Positions 52,311-64,000 of a stretch of 64,000 nucleotides of DNA are shown piece after piece. Origin of the DNA: Octopus sinensis (lineage: Eukaryota); the NCBI RefSeq assembly GCF_006345805.1, contig NC_043000.1, positions 46,438,001 to 46,502,000 of the forward strand, written 5' to 3'. The notes under the pieces were generated by a model. It was given only the letters and a program-made list of their open reading frames with translations. It searched no databases and was not told the origin of the DNA. The translations under genes and the position numbers were made by a program. How positions within the stretch are numbered: the stretch's first letter is position 1; the number at the start of each line of letters is the position of its first letter.

Positions 52311-55300
52311 AGTAAAAATATTCTGATGAATTGATCTTTTTGGTGACATCCCTCTTGCTTTTTTTTTTTCAGCAGCTCTTATCAGATTTTTGTCAACTAA
52401 TTGATTGGATAATTGAAGTTCATCAGAGTTTTATTATTTCACTATACTAAATATGTAAAACTTTGCCATTTTCACATTTAGTATGCAGAACATTGTTCTG
52501 AAGTATTTTCCTCAGCTGTATTAGAGGGCTTTTGCCAAATATGTATTTTGTGTATTATCATTTAGATATACAAGAAAATAAGTTGATAATAGCAATTTAA
52601 TATATAGGCACAAGGCCAAATCTTTGGTGGAAGAAGCTAGTAAATTGCATTAAACACAATACTTGACTGGTACGGATGGAACCAGATGAAATACTGCAAG
52701 GCACTTTCTCATTCTAATGATTATATCAATTTATTACTCATAAAAAGCTCATAACAAAGAGGCACTTCTCCGAATAGAAGATTAATTCAAACTGGATCCA
52801 AGATGCACAAATATGTATTTCCTTTACAAACTCCAAAGTATTTTTTATCATTAACTATTTCAAAAAGTCACCCTAACATTTTTACAAGTTTCTTATTTTA
52901 AAGTTGATAAAAGATGAGTTAGTAGAAATACTGGTGCTAGACACCAAATGTTTAGTCTTTTCCATCTATATCCTGAGTTTAAGTTTACCTGGGTTTAAGT
53001 CTGACAAGTCATTTAAACTTGTCAGAATAAGAAACCAGTACCAAATAGTGCTAATATGATTGACTTCCTTTTATCTTTTTTATCTACATAAGTCTTTCAT
53101 CACCAGCATCATCATTTAGCATCCATTTTCCATACTGGCATGGCTTAGAGGTTAACCGTTAGACAATTTGACTTGGTTTCTACAGCTGGACGCCCTTCCT
53201 AATGCCAACCACTCCAAGAGCGTTGTGGGTGTTTTTTATGTGTCACCAGCATGGGTACCTTTTGCATGTCACTGGCATGGGTGCATTTCATGTGTCACTG
53301 GCATGGGTGCCTTTTATGTGTCCCTGGCATGGATGGGATGGCTTTTTAAATGTCACCAGCACTGGCCATGACTACAATTACAAGACTTATAATAAGAAAT
53401 CAAGACTGGCCATAAACGTGGTACTCCAGTTTGGTCATAACTATGATGTCTAAAATTAAAGTAAAGAGCTTACATTGCAGAATCTCAACAACCAAATGAA
53501 GTGTGACAAAACATGATGATTGTCGTGAAGTTTGAACACATCATTGTTAATAGACAATAGTCCAGCTGTGACATCTTAAGCTTTATGTAACTTTGTTTCT
53601 ACATGTAGCAATTAACCTGAATACCTGGAAGAGCAATTTGTAACCTCCTTTCAGATAATTAATCTCTAAATGTCTCCTGAGATATTATTTGACTATATAG
53701 AAGTGTTATTGACTGTTAACAGAATACAAATTACTATTGTTCACTACATCCATACAAATGCCCACACACACACACACTAATTATGTAATGGAGCCTTTAG
53801 TAATGGAGCCTTTAGATGGTCACTTGATCTGGCCCATGGTGGCCTTTAGTGGAGTCCACTCTGTTGCAAACATTTGAGGTGAGCCCTAGTTCAAGTACAG
53901 CTTCCTTTTTTATTTTGCCCAATTAGTCACTGAGGTCTTTTTCTCCTCTGATAAAGAGCCAGTAGAAATTACAAAAAAAGAAAAAAATTTAAATAGCATT
54001 TTAAAAATCCATTGGATAATGTAATCTGGGATACATTACCTCTGAAAAAAAAAATGGGATGGTCATTGCTAGAATGCTTTAGATTTTAGTCTTCTTGAGC
54101 AGAGCCAACTTTGAACCAAAATGCAACTCCTCTTCTCATTCTCTTAGCGAATATTTTTAACAACAATTTTGATTCTTCTGACTTTTCATTATTCATTCAA
54201 ATCAAAGGAAATAAAAAAAGTCTTTCCATTTCAAAATGTGGCAACTCTGTGTCTAAGAAGGATAATACTCTGTATGGAAACTGAATGCTAAAGTCAATAC
54301 TAAAATACTAAATGTTAGGAAGCAAGGAATGTTAAGTAATTAAAATTTCAACCACAGTGAAGAGAAATAACCATCAGTTTAATGATAAATTCAATTTAAG
54401 GAATGCACAGGAAAGAAGACCAAACTTAAAATTAATTAAAACTGGAATGTGGGCAGTATAGTGAAGAAAAGTAGTCTGATTTTTCTTGGCAGCACAGTAA
54501 TAACTTTGAACATGTATTGGTCTTATTCAAGTTCTGTTACTCTTATTCATTGATACTTGTAATATACTATCAATAGAACATAATAATTCAAACAACGAAT
54601 ATATGTCAAGTGTGACAAAAGCTTTCTCCGTTGCATTCTCTCTCCACACCTCTACGGTTCATCATCATTAGCGTTTTTTTTTTTAGTGGAAGACGCAGGT
54701 TGTGCACAGAGCATTCATAAACCCTCTGAGACAGACAGTCGAGATTGATGATGTTAATGGTTCATTTAAACTGTTGTAAGAGAATAACTGAAAGGGCAAC
54801 ACAAGTGAGTGTTACAGGGGATTCCAAAGAAGAAAAGTTGCAATGTTTAGGGCAGAGTTTTGTGTAGTTGATACAACAAGGATTATGAGAGGAGAAAAGA
54901 CAAGTGAGAAAAGACGGGTGGTTCAGTGAAGATATGATGCCAGCCGACTACATAGAACAGAAGACCTTTGTAAAAACTGCAGAAATAGAGAGAGAGAGAA
55001 TAGCATGCCAATGGGATAAGTCTGGAGAAGGTTTGTAAGGGGTTTTATGCCAATCATTTATGTGGATTTTTCCTGGATGTTAGACAGATTGTCTGTGTGT
55101 GATTCTCAGAAATACACAGAACAATGCAGAGAGCAATAAATGTTCAGACTGAATTGCACTCCATACAATTAACCACCGCATGCTGAAATGTGCAATATTT
55201 TCCCCATTAGGATAAGGTATGTTAATATCTAGAAAACTAATTGTACAACTAGTTACCATGTATAAATGCAGCCAACTTGTCAAAGTATCTTAAGGTATTC

Positions 55301-55662
55301 ATATACTCAAATAGGATTTAGATTGTGTATATATGTATTTCAGAGTGTATAACACTGAGCATAAAGTGCCAACACTGTATTTGTAGCTGGTTAAAATGTT
55401 AAGTTCATAATTTCTGACTGACTAAATTTTTTCAGCAGCTTTTATTGTAAGACATGCACAAACAGTCAGACAGTGATCATCTTCAAGAGTGCCATCGAGA
55501 TGTAATCAACAAGTTGTTATATTCAATTCAAAAGCACCATCTGCATGAAAAACAGTAGGTGTCTTAGAGTTAGCTCCAAGCATTAAGAATCTTAACTAGA
55601 AACATATATGTGATGAGAAATAAAAAAATTAATCAATAAAAGTATTATTTTCATTTTCTCAG

Positions 55663-55793
55663 CAAGTATTGGAGACACCTTAGGATATCTGTTGGTCATA
55701 TTCTATCCTTGTCAACAAAGTACAGCCATCAGTATAATCCACAAAATAGACATGAAAAATATTATGTAGATGCTCAACATAATACATTTGTTG
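55663..55793 (+). CDS. Candidate internal exon (weak)
   Basis: Acceptor tttcattttctcAG; frame KYWRHLRISVGHILSLSTKYSHQYNPQNRHEKYYVDAQHNTFV; donor gtagag is weak. Confidence 0.18.
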
Positions 55794-56112
55794 GTAGAGA
55801 CCACATATTTTTCTAACTGGCTTTTTTGTCTCCTTCATTAAATATGCTAACACTATAGTGGAAGATGCCTCTAACTCCAAATGCTAAAAAGACTACATTT
55901 TTTTAAGTAGGATTTCTTTCTTCTTGCTTCACATCTGTTTCCACTCTTATTCCTCATGCTACTTTTCTTCTACGCTTTTTATAAATAGCAGTGTTTAAAT
56001 ACAATAACTCTTTTTGCATATATGAGCTAAATATAGGCAGTTAATTATGTATAAGCTACCTACATACATTTATATATGAATTGAGTTCTGTATGCCTAGA
56101 TTTATTAATATA

Positions 56113-56145
<33 letters not shown>

Positions 56146-59034
56146 ATATTATACACACTTATTTGTTGCTCTCCACCTTCTTTTTATCCATTTGTCTCTC
56201 TCCTCCCTTTAACTCACAGATATTTATGAATGTTGCATACTTTAACCAGACTGTTTACTTATGCATGTGTCTACATGTCACTTTGTTGTTAAGAAAATCA
56301 ATTTCCACTCTCATGGTTTCAGGTTCAATACCACCCCAAAACATGCTGGGCAAGTGTTTAGCATCAGATTAAACCAAACTTTGTGAATTACATTAAGTGG
56401 AAACTATGTGGAAGCCTGTCAGATAGACTGTGTCTGCATTTGAAAGACCTTGTCATATATTGAATCACAATGCATCTCCCTGAGTATTAGATTAAGTGTA
56501 CTAAAATTCATTAAATCTTCAATCACTTACGCTTTCATTTAAGGGAGTACTTTTAATTAAACAACTAGAATATTCATCATCTTAACTTACTCATTTCAGT
56601 TGTTGATCATACCCACTGACCATTTACCAATCCCACCCTTATAATCAACACCCCACTGCTTTCTTTCCTTTTTCTCTACTTTGCATCTCTATCTTCCATT
56701 CTGTCCACCATATGCTAAATTCCTTTCACCTAATTTTCTCTTTCCTTCTCTCTTTCTTACACATTCACTGCCTCATTTTGTGCTTCACAAAATCACTTCT
56801 GGTCCTTTAACTTAATGTATTTGTTTTAATTATTTTACTTATTTCTAGGTGTTGTGGTTATATTCATTAAAACTCCAGTTGTTATTCATGGAGTACTATT
56901 CGTTTCCAACATATGCAAATGTCAAGATTACATTTGATAGAGAGGATTCACTAGTTTTCAGAGTATCTTCTCCATCTCTACAACAGAAGCACATTTCCCT
57001 TTAAAGTAGAAACATATATATCCAAGGCTCCTGACTGGTACCTTTCAATCTTTTGACATATCATTGTTGGTGAGTTTTATTTAATATCTTACAGAATACT
57101 TGTTAACTTATTTATTCTATCACTACCAAATACGAGCACTTGTTAGTCTACAACAGCTAATTTGATAACAAAATGATGTGATTATTGTTGATTAGGTTTG
57201 TGCAGTTAGTACACAGAGCTGGTGACTTGGACTCAATGATTTATATTACTACCATCTGACCCCTCTATCTGTAATCAGATTAATCATATATTTCCAATAT
57301 TGATTAAAAACACACAACATACATGGCTTATGTAAATCATCAGGCTACTTCTTAATGCACCAACCTGTTAAAGTTTGGGATTTAAAGTTACACTTTTGTG
57401 TCTTTTCTTTAAATATTATCTATTAAAGAAGTTAGAAACAACGAAGCAAAAGACAAAATTTTTTCAAAGATTTTATTTTTTTTAAAAAAAGAAGTTGCTT
57501 TTATCAAAAGATAAAAGGGTAAGAAATAAATAATAATACTTGAAAAGAAAATCAGGAACATTTTTGTTTACCAGTGCAAAAATTTGAAGTACATCAAAGT
57601 TAAAACTAAAAGATTGAACACCTAAAGCAACTTGATAACAAACATCAGTTTAAAAAGAAATAAACTCAAATAGATACGGCAACCTTCCTTTCTGAGATTA
57701 AATCATTGTTTGAATAAGGAATTTAAGTGAAAGTAACATGAAAGATTACATTAAATGAAATGAAAATTATGTTGTAAAGGATTGAAAAGTTTAAGCCCTA
57801 CAAAATTTATTAAAGAAACATTGTGTCTACAAAACAGAGCTAAATCAAAATCCAACATCCAAAATTAATATCTTGTTTTTAGAAACAAGATTGCTTCTCA
57901 CTGTTCTTCCTTTGCAGAAGCCCTCTAAATCTTATTTGATTATCTTCAATGTAGAAAACAGGCAAAATAATATCTGTGGAAATGATGATTTTAACATTGA
58001 GTTAAAACTTGGAACATTTTAATACTTCTTATTCCTGTCACCCAATAAAAGCTTTAGAATAACTCCTCAACCTTGTTACTAAGTCTCATAATGAAAGCTA
58101 TTTTCTCGATTAACTAGATGGCAATGCAACCTAACAAATAAATTAAATGGGGAATTTACTAACAATTCATTATTAGTAGTTGTTATTGTTATTGTGGGGA
58201 TAAAATTGCAAAATTTTCATTTCCATTCGAATCATTTTCTCTCCTGTTCACTCACACACATAGACACATGTTCAGACACAAATATATACACACACGCGTG
58301 CGCTTGCACACACCAGCAAATACAATTACAAATACAGTGCTCTGTCAAAAGATTTCACTAGTTACTGGCTACAAATCAAAATAGCCACATGAGAATTAGT
58401 TGTAAAAATAAAAGTAAATAAAGCATGAAAATATCCACTTTCAGTATTGAAGATTTCATTTGTAACCACTTTGACTGCATTTACAATAATACTTTGAAAA
58501 TGTAGTGATGACTATCTGCTTTGATCAACGAGGCACCAATAGATAGTCTAAAATCAGCTTAACAAATTTCTAAGAACTCTCACATTTCGGATCATCAGAA
58601 GTCAAATTTATGTTATTTAGTACCAAAATTTTGGTAAATCAGGCTATGATGAGAAAATGTAGTTATTATAAGTAGTTTTCTTATCATGAGATCTGAATAA
58701 AAATGAAAATCATGTTTGTGTTGAGATATTAAGTCTCAAATAAACTTCCTATTTAAGCACTTCATTAGATATGAAGAAAGAAAATAGCATTCAAAGAAAT
58801 GAAGTTAGTCATCAACTGTATTCTTATATTAAAGATAAACTAGATGCCATAAAAAATATTAACTGCTTGTTAAATATAAAACAAAATTTTAATGTGAACA
58901 AGCATTTCCCATTAGCAAAGATCTCAGAAGTCATTGAAATAAAATGATGACTTAAGCAGCTTTCAGCAAAATCAACAAGGAATCTTTCCTGGCAGAAATT
59001 ATAGTGACAGATTAAATACCTTATAATATTTATT

Positions 59035-59250
59035 TTCATCTCTTTATATTCCAAATTCAAATTCATTCTGAGACTACTTTGCTTTCATCCCTCCCAAAGG
59101 TCAATAAAAGATGTACTTGTGATCTACTATGGTCAATAATTAAATGTCTTTTATCTCTTTATATTTCAAATTTAAATTCTTCCAGAGATCATATTGCTTT
59201 CATGCCTCCCAAAGGTCAATAAAAGATGAACCTGTGATAGATACTACAGT
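59035..59250. repeat. ~115 bp diverged tandem duplication
   Basis: atctctttatatt...gctttcat..ctcccaaaggtcaataaaagatg occurs twice. Confidence 0.8.
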
Positions 59251-59649
59251 CACTACTGGCTGATTCAACTGACTGCATCCTTCTGCAAATATGTGTCTCC
59301 TAACAATATTAAGAATCAATGGTGACTATTGAATTATCATGAATGCAGTTTTAATACAATTTTATTTCTTATTGATTTCTTATTTTGGCATGTGTGAAGT
59401 TTCCTAGTAAAGGGATGTATGTCACTGAACTGATCCCATAACAGTCCTCGTTACTGTCATCATTTTATTCAATGCTCATTTTACCATGTAAGTACAGATT
59501 GGAGAAAGTCTTCAGGATAGTCATGACCACCACTTAATTACTGGAACTTAGTTTTTAATAAATCATGAAGGAAAGATAAATTTGATTAGAAGGGGATCTA
59601 AAATAAGGACTTATAGTTAAAGAAGTGAATACTATGAAAAGATTTGTTT

Positions 59650-59825
59650 GTTTTGTTGTGTCTGGGGAGAGTCATTTTCATTTTGTGCCTTATAATGTAA
59701 CACACTCACCGGTAAAATTTCCACTTATTTCTTATTTTTGTTGTGTCCCCAGACACAACAGAATATGCTTCAACACACAATCTCATATAAAGAATCTTGC
59801 AAACCAAATCCAAAAACGAAATATT
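59650..59825. repeat. Rearranged copy of the 2631-2910 family
   Basis: Same sequence blocks as 2775-2910, but one segment is inverted, joined at gttgtgtc/gacacaac. Confidence 0.7.
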
Positions 59826-60984
59826 TGTTTGTTTGTTTCACCTTATTGATTACTTCACCTCCTTCAATAGATATGAAAATTTTAATTACTATACTTACTC
59901 AATATAAGAATGTTAATATATATTAATACAAAAAAAAAATAAAGATAAAAATTGTATGCGTAGCAAATATATCCAATAGCAATTGTTAATTCAGTTAGCC
60001 TGCTGGTGGTGTATTGTTATGTATACCATTATTAAATGTGATTATTTAATTTTAAAAATTAGAGTCTAATATGTAACAGTTGTATTAAGGATGTATGCCA
60101 GTAGTTGTTTTAAGTGTTTATAAAATCAAGAGCAAATATATAGATACACTCTCAGCCCTCCCATACATGACACAACAAAACATGGAGGGTATGACAGATG
60201 GAGGGAGAAAGAGCTGCACCTGCAATCAGTTGGTACAGCTGAACAGACTGAAGAAACATGAAATGAATTGCCTTGTTCAAGGACAACATAGTTCTGCACA
60301 GTTCTGGATTCAAACTTACAACCTTACACAGCATAACTCCCTATTCTGTAGGTCATGCACCTTTATTCTCAAAGGCTGTTAACAAGTTTTGCACATCAAA
60401 CAGTTAATGAGGTGTGAGGGTAAGAACCACAGTTCGTCTGTTTTTCATTTCAAATAAGACAAATTACATAACCATCAATAAGGGTGAAAGACACCTGCCA
60501 ATTTTTTCCAAAGATAGCAAACAATTCAAGGAGGGCAGTGACTTCAAGTACATTGGGACCTATATTGCTGATAGTAAGAAAGATGGCCTGACAAGCAAGA
60601 AACAAACCTGGTATAAGCTTAAAAACTTCTAGTAATCCAAGTTAGATATTGTCTGATGATTGAAAATCTAGAGACTCACTGTTACACACTGCAAGCTCTT
60701 AGATATCAGGTAACTTCACACAATGTGATGTTAGAAATTCTGATCATCAAGTTGTGATATTAAAGGAAAGCAAGTTTTATTAATCACTGAAGTTATAATA
60801 AGTCTACCTAATTATATCTTGTACATTTTGTCAACCTCCCATATAACAGGCAGTTCTTCCAATGTTTTAAGGAAAGTTATTTCTTGAATGAGTTTACTTA
60901 TTTACTGATACTAATGAGATCCATGAAGGCAAAGTTTTAATTAGTTGTTTCTCTTTATCGTTCTCATTGTTGATATCACCAAAT

Positions 60985-61212
60985 TTAACCCTTTCAATAC
61001 CAAGCCGGCTGAAACCGCCTCTGGCTCTGTAGTACAAATGTCTTGTTTTCTTAAGTTTTGAATTAAAAGCTTCCACCAAACCTTGGTCATGATTTATGTT
61101 CCTAACACTAGCTGAATGATAGCTAAGTTATTTTACTAAATTCTTTGTTATATTTAAAATTGATTGAAAGAAAGACAGCATCTCAAAATAAATACGGTAT
61201 CGAAAGGGTTAA
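60985..61212. mobile_element. piggyBac-type MITE
   Basis: TTAA|CCCTTT...AAAGGG|TTAA. Confidence 0.8.
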
Positions 61213-61782
61213 AGACTTATACTTATACATATCCCTGATGTTCACCAGCTTCTAATTGCATCATATGTACAAATCATATCTAAACTAGAAAAGACTGCAA
61301 ATGTGAAAATGCGATTGAAAAGGAAGGAGGGAAATTTAAAATCAGCAGAAGTTGATGCTTGTGATAAGACCACCCAAAGCAGAAGTGACTGTGTTGAAAA
61401 TTCAGTGTGGCTCTAAATGCTTGTGAGCCCTTTTAGAACCAAAGTGCTGCAGAAGACTTCAAATTAAGAATTGGTCGTGTGAACTGAAATGTTGAGTCAT
61501 AAATTCTGAGGATTACTTGGACATTATTTAAAATATCCAGGGTGCTTATGAAATCTATTTTCCAAACAACAGCAACCTATTTCTTGCAAGTGCAGTGCAC
61601 CACAGAGCATACAAGCCAAAGTAATGAGCTGCAGTCAAAGTAATGAACTCTATGAAACAACACCTTAAAAGGGAAACTATTCACATTTGCTTCAACTTTG
61701 TTTCAAAGTCAAGATCTTTACTACAGAAGAGAAGGTGTCTGAAGAATTGTGAAATAATGTCAAAATTAATGTGAGGATTAAT

Positions 61783-61957
61783 AGGCGTAGGAGTGGCTGT
61801 GTGATAAGTAGCTTGCTCACCAACCACATGGTTCCGGGTTCAGTCCCACTGTGTGGCACCTTGGGCAAGTGTCTTCTACTATTCCCTCGGGCCAACCAAA
61901 GCCTTGTAAGTGGATTTGGAAGATGGAAACTGAAAGAAACCGTCGTATATATGTATA

Positions 61958-61994
<37 letters not shown>

Positions 61995-62231
61995 TCATCA
62001 TCATCATCATCGTTTAACGTCCGTTTTCCGCACTAGCACGGGTTGGACAGTTCGACCGGGGTCTGGGAAGCCGGAGGCTGCACCAGGCTCCAGTCTGATC
62101 TGGCAGTGTTTCTACAGCTGGATGCCCTTCCTAATGCCAACCACTGTATGTATGTGTGTATATATATATACACACACATATACATACATACATATATATA
62201 TGTGTGTATATATATATATACACACACACAC

Positions 62232-62283
<52 letters not shown>

Positions 62284-62463
62284 GTGTGTGTATATATATA
62301 TACACACATACATACAGTGGTTGGCATTAGGAAGGGCATCCAGCTGTAGAAACACTGCCAGATCAGACTGGAGCCTGGTGCAGCCTCCGGCTTCCCAGAC
62401 CCCGGTCGAACTGTCCAACCCGTGCTAGTGTGGAAAAACGGACGTTAAACGATGATGATGATG

Positions 62464-62497
<34 letters not shown>

Positions 62498-62710
62498 GTG
62501 TGTATATGTTTGTTTGTCTGTGTTTGTCCCCCCCAACATTGCATGATAACCGATGCTGGTGTGTTTACATTCCTATAACTTAGTGGTTCGGCAAAAGAGA
62601 CCAATAGAAAAAGTACCAGACTTACAAAGAATACGTCCTGGGGTCGATTTGCTCGACTAAAGCGGTGCTCCGGCATGGCCACAGGCAAATGACTGAAACA
62701 AGTAAAAAAG
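61783..62710 (+). mobile_element. SINE family B carrying an inverted duplication of an RTE tail in its central microsatellite
   Basis: 5' half 61783-61950, 3' half 62480-62710; inverted arms at 62011-62144 and 62317-62451. Confidence 0.85.
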
Positions 62711-64000
62711 AAAAGAGAGAGAGGAAGCAAAGTCAAGGTACAATGAGTGCTTGTTGGGTCTATTTTTTAGTTAACCGATTGGGAGAGATGGAGACTGTCA
62801 ATAGAGACCAATTTGTTAAGTAAGTTAATGAAAGTATCTGAGATGGTGGAGGTAAAAATCATGTGCTGGGTAAAAATTGATGATGTAAGATATGAAACAT
62901 ATGAGTTGGTTTCTGGTGAGTGAGATGGCACTGATGCACAGAAAAGTTGAAGTGGCAAAGAGCATTCTTGAAATGGAATAAAAGGAGAGTGACAAAGAGG
63001 AGTATCAGATGATTCAAGTAGTTAGAGATTAGCTCAGTGGGACAGTAGAGAATTTTGAGATGAGGTAGCTCGCAATAGGAAAGAGTACAGAAGAGAATAT
63101 GATATAGTGTACCATGGAGGGGGTGGCTTTTGGTTTGAAAGGGGTTCTGTCACTTGAAAATTTGCAGCAGAAATGGTGATTACTAAAGTGACATGGAGCT
63201 TTCTAAATGTAGAAGTTGGCATGTGAAACTACTACTATTACTCCGCCACTTTTATCAAGCAGGTGTCTTGATCATGAGGCTGAGGCCAGCATTGATGAAG
63301 TATGTTGAGCTACTAGGGAGAGATGCTAAGTCACGTCAGTTGCTTATGGAAATCAATGTGATCTGGATTACGCACTAAAGGAATAAATCTGAAGAAATAT
63401 AATACCTAAAGTTAGGTATCCAGTTGGAACGTTGCTGCTTGCATCTCATAAAACAATCATACCACTTCACAACTTCATTTATTCCTCCAACGACTTGACC
63501 ATTAACTGACCTGGTCATGCTGCTGACTTTCACTACCCAATTCACCCCTCATTCACATCACTCTAAACACTCTGCATTCATACCACTTAACATAAATGTT
63601 CGTTTTCCATCTAACTTCCTGCATTTTGCTCTGTTGCTTTTCATTTTACTCTGTTGTTTTTCAGCAAACCTGACACTAGCATCAATAAATTTTCTCTTCC
63701 CAGAAAGAATTAACTCACTTCATTGATCTATGAACTGTGTGTGTGTATGTGTGTGAGCATGCGTTTCAATCACAAATAAGTATGACTTGATAGTTGTAAG
63801 TACAATAATTTTACTAAAAGGTTTTAGCTGCCTTTGTAATCATGAACATATATAGACACCTTCTAGGCCTCTTCACCTTGACCCACTAGAACAGCAAGTA
63901 TGTAACAGCTGGAGGAGAGGGATAGCCGAGTAGACTGAAACAGAGTGCTATGTATGCTTTAGCCAAAGACACAGAATGTCTGATCCAAGTATGGGACTCA

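Noticed and set aside
56849-57004. Frame MEYYSFPTYANVKITFDREDSLVF resembling the DEG/ENaC post-TM1 segment
   Set aside because: The diagnostic FPAVTxCN motif is absent and the frame stops; the resemblance is superficial
58575-58605. Minus-strand CTGATGA...GAAA
   Set aside because: Only 3 nt between the motifs; no stem II or stem I, so not a hammerhead
61771-62428. 192 aa and several 90-95 aa ORFs
   Set aside because: Translations of SINE, RTE tail and (TA)/(CA) microsatellites

Overview
Repeat-dense, AT-rich eukaryotic DNA. The repeat content (tRNA-derived SINE families, RTE LINEs with (GAT)n tails, Helitrons landing in (TA)n, long microsatellites) resembles an octopus/coleoid genome; this is an inference from memory, not a database result. 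No host protein-coding gene can be identified: almost every listed ORF is a microsatellite or transposon artefact, and a few splice-flanked open frames are only weak exon candidates. Firm features: an intact tRNA-Asn(GTT) gene (29585-29658, minus), a decayed tRNA-Glu(TTC), a 2.9 kb 5'-truncated RTE LINE with an embedded PHD finger, mariner and maT/DD37D transposase remnants, two Helitron PIF1-helicase remnants, several non-autonomous Helitrons, and piggyBac-type and hAT-type MITEs. The best finding is a structurally complete minimal type I hammerhead ribozyme (3749-3793, plus) in a ~245 bp ORF-less, hairpin-rich element. Its 5' half is overlapped by a 29 bp antisense fold-back. Two other fold-back palindromes (42191-42376, 50037-50182) sit on what look like truncated hammerhead 3' halves, suggesting a recurrent Penelope/retrozyme-like pattern. 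Caveat: many 1-nt indels between near-identical copies suggest long-read errors, so some duplications and fold-backs may be assembly artefacts.
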